Part shown: positions 48,766 to 60,639 of the stretch, piece after piece
Position numbering within the stretch: position 1 is the first letter of the stretch
Layout of the letters: every line of letters begins with the position of its first letter
Assembly (NCBI RefSeq): GCF_037042905.1
Contig: NC_087257.1
Span: forward strand, 3,410,001 to 3,474,000
Source of the DNA: Lytechinus pictus
Taxonomy: Eukaryota
Reading direction: 5' to 3'
Length of the DNA: 64,000 bases
The notes under the pieces: generated by a model
Told to the model about the DNA's origin: nothing
The model's database searches: none
Seen by the model: the letters and a program-made list of their open reading frames with translations, nothing else
Position numbers and translations under genes: made by a program

Positions 48766-50639
48766 TTCCTCTCCCTCCTCTTCCTATCCCTTTTTTCTCT
48801 CACCATGAATGGATAACTTTTGTACTGGCGTCAGATCTTTTCATAACAACGTCCCTATTGATTTTCATTTCACGATCGTACATCTCATGTGGATGTCCCT
48901 GATGGTATTCTCAAGTGTCATGCTTTTCAGGAGGGGAGAGAGAGGGGAGGGGGGGTAATTAAGAGAGAGAGAGAGAGAAGGTGAGATAAGAGAGAAAGAG
49001 AAAGAGAGCCTTCATAGTTTGTAGCCAATTTTTTTTAAGAGCCACACAACCATAATGCATTCTGAAATGGCTCCTTAATGCAATTTGTTGTGCACATGTT
49101 GACCAGTGACAGTGTGCTGGGGAATTGCTTCAAATTAAAATATGAGCTCTCAAGCTTTTGGAAACTTAACAAGTCCATTTTGATTTGTTTTCTAAAAATA
49201 GAGCATTGATGAAGCTAAGGAAAATATAGACAAATAGCTAGAGAAGTGATATGAATACTATATTGTGAAAGTGCTAATTCATGGATAGCTTGGAAGTATT
49301 GCTTGTTAGGCACTGTTTATGTATATAATGCTTCAGAACAAAAGGGTCTTGTTTGGGTGGGTGTGAATGGGAAAAATAATTATCAGGTATTTTTAGGCTG
49401 GAATAAGCCCTGAAAGCGCCTTCTGCCATTTTCGTTAAAGAAATGATATGATTGAATGATCTAATGTTACAATTGAATCATCAGCGGTGTCTGTTTGCAG
49501 ATATACTAGGCTTGGCAAACCACACAGATTGAGCAGAATTCACAATCAGTTTCTATGATAGGTGTTACAGTATCCAGGTCATATTCTCAATCATATACAG
49601 ATTTTGTGAGGTGCTACTAACATTACAAGTGTCTGTGTCAATTGTCAACCAAATATTTCCAAATAACCAAATATCACAGAGGAAAACCATCTCTCAAGCG
49701 ACCGTAAATTCTGCGGAATATGATTAATTTCATAAATGTCATCGCATCGGTTAATACCGATCTCCATACAGCGATGCCTTAATCCATGAAAGTACTTCAC
49801 ACTCTTTCTTTTATAAAGCCAAAAATATAAACACTCCCCGTTTTATTATTATCCCCATCCCCAGAACTGCCAATCTTGGCCAGTTCCCTTGGGCATGGCG
49901 CGGAAGATTATCTATTTTATTGATACAGGATGGTGTTTATTGCCGCTCAGAGCGATGCCATTACACGCGGTTCTCTGTAGAATACAACGTGTTGAGTCCT
50001 GGGCAAGCTCCAAGCCAAGATCAACAATTTTTTTTTCTTCCGCTCCGCTGATGAGTAGAAATATTGAAGAGCTAGATACAGTGACCCGACAAGTGCTTTC
50101 ATTTGGGATAGATTAATTTGGAAGGTTCCCTCGCTAGGGACGTAGAATAAGAGGCATATACAATTGGGAATTTTGTAGCCTTACAATGATATTTATCAGT
50201 AATGACATGACATTTATGGCCGACTCAAGAGTTGATTATTAGGTTAATTAATCACAACATGTATCACAAAAGCCAATCGAGTAATCATTACATGTTACCA
50301 TCAATTATTTTTCACTGAACAATGGTGTTTTGATCAACTTGTTATTGCATGTTCAGGAAAAGGGCAAAACATTGTTTTTTTTATATTTGTATGAGGAAAA
50401 GGGCACAAAGTTATTATGAAGAGATAAACTAATTGTGGAAGCTCTTCGATACTCGTTGCGCCGTAGACATGATTGATCTGGAAATAAACATTGTACTTTT
50501 ATGGTGAGGTATGGTATTGGTTTTCATAATGACATATTTTTAGATATAAGGGTATATTAGGATTGCACTAACAAAAACAAGTGCTCAATACTTAGTTTAT
50601 TACAGAAACGAGTGCTGTGGAATCACTGGAAAACTTAAA

Positions 50640-51060
50640 TATATTTAATTGACTTATTGATTTAATGATTGATTAATTCTATTTGTCAAGAATGTTAAAA
50701 GAGGGGAAATACATATTGGTAATAAATGGTAATAATACCATGATAGGAGTTCCCATAAAGCCAAGAGGCTTATCTACAATAGGGTCCTATTGTACTATAA
50801 GAACATCATTGTAACCACTACATGTAACCAAGTACAAGAACATAAAAAAATTTATGACAAAGCCATCAATCGAATAATTTGCTAGAACATATAACAAACA
50901 TATCTATGATATATATCAAGCAACTATTAACTACAATGTACTGAACACTAATTGCACATTTAAATCTATGCTTATTTCTTATAGTACTGTTCTCCAGTAT
51001 ATTCCAGTTTTAGGATTTGACTTTCCACGAGTCAAATAATTGTGTAAGCGGACATATTAT
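50640..51060 (-). mobile_element. Probable LINE 3' UTR remnant
   Basis: Minus strand has an aggaccc..aagcctcttggctt..tcct stem-loop followed by an (aatc)n-like tail. Confidence 0.4.
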
Positions 51061-51366
51061 TTCAGACGGGAGTTACCTCTATCTACAGTCAATGTAGTTT
51101 CTTATGTTTCTTTCTGAATCCAAAGGCATGTTTGATTATGACTTGAGTGTATTGATAAGGCAATACTTGCAGAAAAGAAAGAAACAAGAAGAACGTGGCA
51201 GCAGTACAAAATAGTTGAGCATTGTGTATCTTCTTCTTGTACAGATACTGTATGTATTTGTTCAAAGATATCATGTTGTACACTGATACATCTTATCCCA
51301 ATCAAATAGGTTTGGTTTGTTTTTTCCGTTGATTCAGCTGTGCATATATTCACTTAATCATCAACA

Positions 51367-51757
51367 TTAAAGGTAAATGCTAGTTTTGGTAACGATATCA
51401 AAATGAGTTCGTACAGAATCCAATGAAATGACCACCAAAGTGTCTGTTTGTATAAATAAAACGCATGTGCCAAAGGATTCTGGAAGAAATTGTGTAATTG
51501 CTGAGAAATCAGCAAATAAGCACAGGATTCGGGTAAAGCGTCGGGCCCGACGCTCAAAGCAATAATTATACACTGTCCCACATGCGCTTATCTGTGTTGG
51601 TGAAGTTCAGTCTGAACATATTTCAAGATTTCACAAAGTTCAGTTTATGTAACTGTACCAGATCTAGATCCTCGATGATATACTGACAATTCAGCCTGGT
51701 TTTACAGACTTTCTCATGAAATCAGTGTTTACTGCAACTACTGGAATTTCTCTTTAA
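51367..51757 (-). mobile_element. TTAA-flanked MITE, family K1 copy 4
   Basis: TTAA|AGGTAAAT...ATTTCTCT|TTAA; homologous to the other K1 copies. Confidence 0.85.
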
Positions 51758-52067
51758 TCCTGTGACCATGTACATGCCAATTTCATGTGGGCTGTATGGT
51801 TTCGTTAGGGTCTTGTTTTTAATTCAAAATGATGTGTCATTAAAAAAAGTGAACAATTATGAATAGATTATATATGATTCTATGACAAATTTGTTCTTTG
51901 TTGATATAGTTGCATGCTTTAATTAGCAGATAATTCCTACCTGTCTATGATGCCACAGTTTAAAACAAATTGGCACATACATGTTTAATATGCTGATTTG
52001 AATTATAGCTTGAACAACCTTTGATGAATGTTGTAGTGTTTTTACTGAAAATCAATTTGCTTGCAAA

Positions 52068-52724
52068 TTTTTGTCTCGCCTGCATAGCAGAGCGAGACTA
52101 TAGGCACCGCTTTTCCGACGGCGGCGTTGTCAACAGTGAAATCTTAACCAAGGTTAAGTTTTTGAAATGTTATCATAATTTAGAAAGAATATGGCCCTAG
52201 TTCATGAAACGTAGACATAAGAGCAATCAAGTATCCTTGAACATCCTGTGCGAGTTTCAGGGAACATGACCAAGGTCAAAGGTCATTTAGAGTCAACAAA
52301 CTTTGGTAATGTTGGGGGTATTTGTGGAATTGTCATCATACATGTACATGTAAATTTAAAAGTTTATGGATCTAGTTCATCCCAGAATACCCTGTGCATG
52401 TTTCAGGAACATGGCCAAGATCAAAGGTCATTTAAAGGCCAATGAACTCTGGCTGTGTTGGGAGTTTGTGTTGAATTGGCATCATAACTTAGAAAGTTTA
52501 TAGATCTAGCTCATGAAACATCGACATTAAGGTAATCAAGCATGAAGGATGGTTTTGCACATGTCTTAGGTCACGTGATCATGGTCAAAGGTCATTTTGG
52601 GTCAATGGACATAATATTTTATTGTCATATGTTTCTTCTGTGAATAATTATTCATTAGCTGCAGAATTGCTGCTATATCGAATGGCGTAATGCAGGCGAG
52701 ACTGCCAGAGGCATTCCGCTTGTT
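52068..52724 (+). mobile_element. Helentron-associated element, family H2 copy 2
   Basis: Perfect 12-bp subterminal IR GTCTCGCCTGCA (52073-52084) / TGCAGGCGAGAC (52691-52702), extra 5' IR gcgagac, T-rich ends, internal aggtca-rich repeats. Confidence 0.82.
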
Positions 52725-53192
52725 AATTAGAAGTGTATCACAGCAGCCTTCAGTTTTTGGAGAGATAAAAGAGGAAATTTTAGGTTTTTTAAGGAATATT
52801 TTTCCATGCAATTATGAATGTAGAGAGAGAGAGAGAGAACTAGGTACATATTCATGTACATATGGACAATTAGATCATGTATAGTACATGTTTATAAGTT
52901 ATAAATTATGAATTGCCAGAAAGATTGGAAAAAAGAAACAAGAAGAGATTTTGATAGGATTTGGTAAGAGACAGATATAGAGCGGGACGAGGGAGAAAAA
53001 TAGAAAATGAATAAAACAATGAAAATAAATTACATACCTAATGAAGCTATTATGCTCTGTGTTATTTCCACTTTAAAGCTCACTCTCTCCCCCACAATGA
53101 TTTGCAATAAGCTTTCTTAATGCTGACAAATCCTATCCCCCTTATAGGATTTAAACTTAGTGTATTTTTGCTTTTTTTTTTTTATTTTTCAG

Positions 53193-53304
53193 TATACTGT
53201 TTGCGGATATTGAAGGCTTCACAAAACTCTCTTCAACTTGTACTGCTCAAGAACTTGTAAAACTCCTCAACGAACTCTTTGCTCGATTCGACAGATTAGC
53301 ACAG
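53193..53304 (+). CDS. ADCY5: Adenylyl cyclase type 5/6-like, next coding exon (C1a beta1/P-loop with first metal-binding Asp)
   Basis: T-rich tract + ttcAG acceptor (53191-53192) and CAG|gtatgt donor. 112 nt; AG+T completes the Ser codon from the previous exon, then [37 protein letters not shown], a class III nucleotide cyclase signature. ADIEGFT is typical of AC5/6. Confidence 0.97.
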
Positions 53305-54551
53305 GTATGTTGCTTTAATTTCAATACTTCATTTTTTTTACCTGCCTTGTGTGTAGGCTCTGATAATGATCTAAAATAGCAAGCAATTTCTAACAATATC
53401 TAAGCAATATCTAATGTAACACCTCTCATAATATTATATATACATTTCAAATTATATGCAATAATTAATTCCATTTATATATCCAATTCTAATTTAGAAA
53501 ATTGATAAAGTGGCTTGATTTTTTTTCAACGTGATATCAATGACAGCTTCCACTGATTATTTTCCTGCATTTATGTTACTCTAAATAATTTTCTATATTG
53601 GTATAAGTGTTACTTGTTTTGTAATCCATGTATTGACCCGCCATTTTGTTTTGATTGGAAACGGTGGACCTGGTCTCTTTATTTATATATTGTATCATTG
53701 TATTTGAACTTGAATAAAGTCATGATGAAACAACAACAATTGCTGGCAAAGGGGATGAGGATGATCAGGGGGGGGGGTGGTACCCCTGAACCCCACCCCA
53801 CCCCTTTAGTCTCCAGACATATACCCTGTATTAAACGTTATCAACAAGTGGGTCTGGAGACAAACCTAGCTCAAATACAACTTATTTCAAATTCATTCAT
53901 GCAAAAGTCCAAATTCTGGGCCTTTAGCTTGTATAAATCAGACCGCTTTTCTTGAGCGAAGGGTAACTACCATCACCCCCTCCCCCATCTACTTCCGGTA
54001 GATTTAGACAGCATTGACGCAACAAGTGGTGACGAGTGAGGTATTTCCGTGCTGTTATTGCAAACGGTGTCAAAACATGGAGAAAAATACCACATTGATG
54101 TCACTTCGGGCCGTGGTATGTTGGAAATACCCAGTCTGCCAATGGGTTGATGTATTATTGGTTTAGTGTATTTTATTTAGCTGAATTGACAGGCAAAACT
54201 CACAACAATTTAATGACTCCATCGCTTTTGATGAACTTGTTTGTGCACACATTGATAGACTGCGACAGCCACAGCTGGGAAAAATAAGAATACCCTGTTC
54301 ATATACATGTATGCAAAAAGCTTTTGGCTACGTAACAGATACCCTATTTTTTATGGCTGTCATGATTGGTAGTCAATAAGTTTACAGCATTTTTTCTTTC
54401 TCCGATCATTTTGGGGCTCTTTTGTGGATATGACCCAAAATAATGTCGTGCAACGTTACACATTGCAGTAAGCAGGGATCATAAACTGAAATCATAGAAA
54501 CCTGCAACATTCACAATACAGTGTTTTTGCAGATATATTGTTTGCTGTATG

Positions 54552-55307
54552 GGTTCGATGACATTTGCTCCGGCGACAATTGCTCCGCTGTGAATTCCAC
54601 ACATTAATGGAATTAATGGAAAGACCAGCTTCAATCCTGGGTTTAATCCTGGGTTCCACGATACTTGACTCTCGACCCTATTTCTCTTTCCCCTCCCCTT
54701 TCCCTTTTCTCTGCTGGACACATAACCGTTTTTTTTTTTTTTTTTTTTTATCCCCCCAGTTTTTAATATTCCCTTCTCCCCCCTTATTTATGTCGTCACA
54801 GCCCCCCCTTTTCCTTGTTATTCAAACCTATTTTGCCGTTCTTCATATATGGTCAAGATTGTCCTACTTTACTTTTAATTGCATACGATTAAGATTACTA
54901 CAAATTTATCCCAAGGGACTTACCATTACAAGCTTTGCTTTTTAATAACTCCCTCATTTTTATTTTCACATGCTAACTGTAATTTATAATTTGTCTAATT
55001 ATCAAAATGTGTTTGGAACAAAAATAATTATATATACTTCGACTATTTCCTACGAATTTGTTAATTAATTATTGAAGTATTCTTATGACACTTATTCTGT
55101 TATGTACATTCATACATATGCATATATGTTTGTTATGTTTATTATCAGAAAATGGAAGTGAAATAAACTAAACTGAAACTGAACAATACACCCTATCTTA
55201 AACCTAGCGCTTAAACCTAAAATAAAACCCCATTGCAACCCTAACCCTATATCTTAGACCAAAGTACAGCCCGGAGCAATTATCGCAGGAGCAAATGATG
55301 TGTCACC
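54552..55307 (-). mobile_element. Family T element copy 3, interrupted by a LINE-like 3' fragment (about 54651-55183)
   Basis: GGTTCGATGACATTTGCTCCGGCGACAATTGCTCC ... GGAGCAATTATCGCAGGAGCAAATGATGTGTCACC, flanks gctgtatg/gctatttg, accctaaccct core. The insert ends in AATAAA + (actgaa)n. Confidence 0.75.
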
Positions 55308-55759
55308 GCTATTTGTGCTCACTTTATGTGTGCAATCACTTTATTGTAACTGAATCATTTCTTTTGTGAAGTAGATGAACGATGCTCTTATTTTGTTAGG
55401 TGGTGTGCATTGGCAGCATAGATTACAATATTCTGGCTGACCCCTCCCCCATTCATATACACCTAAGTCAAAATACCACAATATTGAAAAAATATTACTC
55501 TATTCTAAAGCTTATATAAACTGGTATTTTAAAGTGCTTACATGTGTGCATTGGTAATTGATATTGCGTTATTAGCGTAAACATTAACTGAGAAAGATAG
55601 AAAGAGACAGAAATTAAGATATTCCTCCGAGATTATAAAGTAAAAATTCATCAATGGCAGTTGTTCTTGAAAGATAGGGAGGTTTGAATAACAGATGGGA
55701 TCTAAGTGAGTGTGGGTGTGGGTTAAACATAGAAAGGGTGTGGTATGTTTTTTAATGTG

Positions 55760-55960
55760 GAGTTGCGAGAGAGTGGGAGTGAAGATGCGTGTGTGTGCCT
55801 CCCAAAACATTTGAAAGTTCATAAAAGAAAGAGAGAGAGAGGGGGTGAAGATGTGTGTGTGTGTGCCTCCCAAAGATATGTAAGTTCATAAAAGAAAGAG
55901 AGAGAAAGAGGTTGAAGATGTCTGTTTGTGTGGGTGTGCGTGTGTGCCTCCCAAGAATTT
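55760..55960. repeat. Tandem repeat of about 70-80 bp, about 3 units
   Basis: gaagatg..gtgtgtgcctcccaa..aagttcataaaagaaagagagaga repeated. Confidence 0.8.
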
Positions 55961-56033
55961 GGAAAAAAATAAAGAGAGAGGGGAGGGAGAGGAGGTGAAT
56001 GGCATGGAGGATGTCCAGTGTTCTGTTGAGATA

Positions 56034-56332
56034 CAATAATAATAATAATAATAGTCAGTTCTTGTATAGCGCATAACACATTATGAATAACGTCTCTATG
56101 AGCTTCCAAAGGACTTGGATATTATTACCCTGGCTGTAGCTCAAGCAGCTTTTATGCGCTCGGCATTTGAAGGAATAAATTCCTGCCAGGTACCCATTCA
56201 TCTCACCTGGGTTGAGTGCAGCACAATGCAGAATAATTCCTTGCTGAAGGAAACTACACCATGGCTGAGATTTGAACCCACGACCCTCTGTTTCAAAGTC
56301 CGGAAACTAATCCGCTGGGCCGCAACGCTCCA
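56034..56332 (-). mobile_element. CORE-like tRNA-SINE
   Basis: Minus-strand B box gggttcaaatc, core gcactcaacccaggtgagatgaatgggtacc, (tat)n tail. Confidence 0.85.
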
Positions 56333-59093
56333 TGTAAGCAAGGAACAAAGATTTGAGTCCCTGTATGAGTGTGTGTGTGTGTGGGGGGGGGGGTTAGAGA
56401 GAGAGATACAGACCGAGAAAGAGATAGATATTAACAAGATAAAAAAAATTAAGAGGAATGAGTTTGAGGAAGAGGATGAGGAGTGGAGGAGAGAGGGGAC
56501 AAGAGAGAGAAAGAGAGGGAGGAGGGGTGGGATAAGAGAAATTATGTGGGTGTGTTTGTGTGATTGTGGGTGTGACAAAGAAGATCGATTTGACCACAGA
56601 CAGAGAGGCTGCGCCATATATACTTTCAAAACAAGAGAGTAAAAATTAAGGAGACCTAAACTAAGATGCGTATACCCATTGCATGCGAGCCGGATAAGTC
56701 CACCCACTATACTGGTATAAGGTCAAGATGAGAAGAAATTGCTTCTCAATTAATCTTCGAGATGCTTTCTCATCGCTTCAATTAGGAACCAAATCAAATT
56801 AAGGCTTCCAAAGACAAAACATTATCCAGGTAGGTTTGAGGTACTTGTGGCTAAGCATAGTAGGATATGTCATATGTCTGCAGAAGAAAAGGCTTTGGTT
56901 AATGCTTGTTGACTGGGATCTTTTAAGCCATTGTGTCTGGGAAGTGGATAGTATCAAACATTTTTAGCTTCAAACTTTTTTTTTTGCTTATCACATTACA
57001 TAAGTGTGTATTCTAATTCATCCTGTAATTTGTTACAAAAGATTTGATAAAAAAGTTACCAATCTCATCAATTACTAGTAGTACAAGTGGCTAGAGTTTG
57101 TAGAGTTGTTCCATCTGAGAGCTAAATGAGGTTCTCTAAGGTTTTACACAGAATTTAGAAATTTTTACTAGAAAATTATTTATGCTAATTTATACAATCA
57201 TTATTTATAAATCACAAAAAGTGCTTCTTCTATGTCATTTCGTCATCAATTTTAACTCTGTTTCCTCAATTTATGTCACCAATATAATTCACTATAGTGT
57301 CAACTGGACTGAAATTTAAAATTGTGTTAAATTTTGTTGCGAGATGCCGGATGAGCTCTACATCATTGATGTGCTAGTTTAGTGTTCAAGTGAAACCCAG
57401 AATTCTATTTGCCCTATACATAGTTGATTTTGGATTTATTTCAAATTTCAATTTACATTGTAAATTCAAGGATTAGAAGTGGCAGGCAAGATCTTTATCA
57501 AAGAGCACAGTTAGATGAATACTTTCTATTTATCCAGAAAATTGTAGCAAAAGCATTTGCAGAGGTCCTGTCAGTTTCGAGTATGAGCCTATATTTACTT
57601 TCAAATCTACACTCAATGTCATGGATGTAATAAAGAAAGATCACTTGAATTCTTGATTTAATTTGTATACAATTTCAATCCCAGGTGATTTCAATTTAAA
57701 CCTTGTAGCTTTAAAATGTAATTTAATTTTGTAATCCCAGACGATCTGAATGGTGTTCATGAAATATGAAATCTAATTCAGTGTTTTGCTGGTCTCTACA
57801 GTCAACTACAGCAGCAGTCAATTCAGATTTATTTTGAATCCATGCAATTTGTAATTCACCAGTTCATTATCAGAGTAGGGTTTACTTAGCAGGCAAACTT
57901 ATTTTCAAAATTATTTGTTTTTTAAACAGGTTAAGTTGCAAATACATAGCGACTATTTAAGGCCTACATTGCTTGAAATGTTCCAATTTGTCTTCAAAGC
58001 AAATCAGTTGTCTCGGTTCAACCAAATTCTTTTTGACAGGAATCAAACTCCAGGGACTCGGTCCCAATGTTCCGTTGATTGATTTGTGGTGGGGAAAGAT
58101 GGAGAAGAGAGAAGGAAAATTAAAGTGGCGGAATTTAGAGGGAGAAAGAAATAAGATATTGTCGTCTGGCAGTCTGTGTTCCAAATCTGATGGTCCCTTG
58201 CGCATATTATTCTGAACTGTGTCTAATGTTGTTCCTACACTCAGTCCTGTACATTATTTATAATGTGTTTTTTGCAAGTGCGGTGAATTTTCCCCCTCTT
58301 GAATATATGTGTAAGATATTAATGCACTTTGAAAATGAAATGTAAACATCTTGGTTAACATCATGCCACTGTTTACCAAGCTGTGTAAATATAACCTTGA
58401 AATGCAACATGAAAAGGAACTCAACTGCATCTTGCTATAAAATGTAAGATTGTTTGCATTTTGAAATTCTTTAGCGACATTTTTTGACATATTTTCCCTT
58501 TGAGTACTATTCTCTTGATATTTTCTTGTATTATATTTTATCTACTTTCATTGATTATACAATATCTCTTCTCATTTCATGTAGTAATATATCAATAATA
58601 TCCACCTAGGGTGGATTCTGGATTTCAAAAGAGACTCCAAGCACTCCCATCCCTCCCTGGTATCAAAGGGGAGGGACATATTTTATATACATTTCTATTG
58701 TCTTTTTAAAATTGTTCCTATTTATTCTCTCTTTGAGGCCACCCCCACACTCCACTACTGACATTTTATAGGATGAATGAGTACTTCAGTCTTAAGTGAG
58801 ATTTAAGGTGATCTAGATCTTTATGACCCCCCCCTCCTCCCAGTGATAAATATATTAAGTTATCAAATTAAAACAATTGGCCAGCTACCCCCAAACTAAC
58901 AAGACGTCCCCTCAAAATAAATTTTGAGATTTTATTAAGCTTGAAAGAAAAACAGGTTCTAAACGGGTATGTGGCTAGTCACAAATAATGAATAAAAAAA
59001 ACCTTCATATGAATGACAGCCATTGGTCAGTCAGTCATTAGTTTCTTAAGCCAAAATATTCCCCATGTTTGATACCCCATTGTGTGTGCACGA

Positions 59094-59249
59094 CAGGGGC
59101 CCCTGTTTCATAAAACCTTTTGGTATAAAAACTTGCAATGACAGTTAAAAGCTACTGAAATCATTTGATTTGATTGGCTGATAGTAAATCTGTCATAGAA
59201 ATCGTGCATAATTCATCATTACTACAAGTTTTTATGAAACAGGACTCGG
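59094..59249. mobile_element. Harbinger-like MITE with central CCAAT motif
   Basis: cctgtttcataaaa / ttttatgaaacagg TIRs; tgattggctg in the centre. Confidence 0.75.
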
Positions 59250-59539
59250 TTGGCAAGTCATGTTGCACTCTCAAACGAAAATGCATGAAATCTTATCCTA
59301 AAACAGCAACAGAGATTAGGTACAAAGTGATGATGAGCATGGTGATTAATCTCTCCAGTAAAAGTACTCTGTCACTGACGTATTATTTTGTTCACATTTT
59401 ATTTTGGGCTCGAAATGCTTTGTATATTCATTCATTCATTCATGTATCTCTACAAACATATAATTAGACAAAACTGATATTTCCAAAGTAGTATTATAAC
59501 AAAAACAACAATACCAATAATATACAAGTGATGTATCTC

Positions 59540-59660
59540 AGTAGATAAGTCTCTGGACTTTGAACCACAAGGTCTGAGGTTCGCAACCCCACTTGAGCAG
59601 TTGTATCCTTTAGCAAGCCATTTAAATACATGCGCGACTCTCCACCCAGGTGTAGTATTC
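59540..59660 (+). mobile_element. 5' half of CORE-like tRNA-SINE
   Basis: tctggactttgaaccacaaggtctgaggttcg...actctccacccaggtgtagta; reverse complement of the head of 46291-46560. Confidence 0.75.
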
Positions 59661-60639
59661 TTCTCTCGTAAGTGTCTCTTTCCATCTTAAGTTTAATGCA
59701 CAACTTCTTGATAATGGAAACATGCTTACGTACACACCGAAGTAACACCGAAGCATTGGTACCATTCCGAGCTAGTTTGATTATAATGAAATTAACATTA
59801 GTGATATCATATCAACACCAAGTAGCACTTAAGTCAACACTAGTGCAGTGTCAAATTAACACCAAGAAATGCTCAGTTATTACCAGTCCACTCCCTCATG
59901 CCGTAGTTTCAACACTTGGCAATGTGATCTTATATGAATGTTTTGTGGTGTGAAATTCAACACCTTATGTCTAACACTTCTTTTTGCAGTCTAGTAATGA
60001 ACAAAGGCTAAACAGCCTCACAGCCCTTCTTCCATTTATAGTCAAATATGAACAAGGACATTTGTTTTCAGCTTTAGAGCCTTAGATGTAATCATAAGAG
60101 GGTCGTCTAAATCAGATTGCATTGTGCTTAACAAGGATGGCCACAGGATGTGAAGACAGATTTAGTTAAAATGATAACATAGTAATTGAATCCGTCGAAG
60201 GACATTCATTCATTGTGCTTTTCCTTTGAAAAGTATGATTAGCATCAAAATGCGATTTTACTTAAAAACTTCAACGTGCAAATGGCTAATACTACATTCT
60301 CTGTGCTCATGGCTGACATGTATGCTATTTAGCAATAATATGTAACATATCATCTGTGTTGAAAAGGATAAAGGTTACCATACTTGGTGTAGTTGTATTT
60401 ATTTACTTATATTTATCTCTTATGCAAACTTTTTTTTTTGGCTTTACATCCATGTGGTAATGATAATTTTCCCTTCTCGGTGTTCGTAAAGAAATAGTCT
60501 TTATCAGAGCTACTGAAGATCATTTTAGTTTGAAATTCCAATAGTAAAGTAGGCATTGTAAAATATTAGTATTTCCAATTAAAAAAAAAAACATTGTTTG
60601 GTGATGTGAAGACATCCATGAGTTAAGAAAAAAGTGTGG

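Larger units (their letters stand above)
31132..53192 (+). other. 22,061-bp phase-2 GT-AG intron of the adenylyl cyclase gene
   Basis: The flanking exons join in frame (GTC AG|T ATA = V-S-I) with no residues missing relative to the known AC sequence. Confidence 0.9.

Noticed and set aside
48065-48902. Three overlapping 177-247 aa S/L/P/F-rich ORFs
   Set aside because: Stop-poor CT minisatellite. The same applies to purine- or pyrimidine-rich ORFs at about 38.0-38.7, 40.6-40.9, 43.4-43.7 and 56.1-56.7 kb.
57910-57936. Recursive splice site tttttaaacag|gttaag
   Set aside because: Weak donor and short tract; expected by chance in AT-rich introns and untestable without nascent RNA data.
57973-58215. 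80-aa ORF or next cyclase exon (expected ENHCLRIKILGDCYY)
   Set aside because: Only a chance RNKIL resemblance with no GDCY motif; the phase-0 frame after the acceptor near 58039 stops after 12 codons. The next exon was not found in the window.
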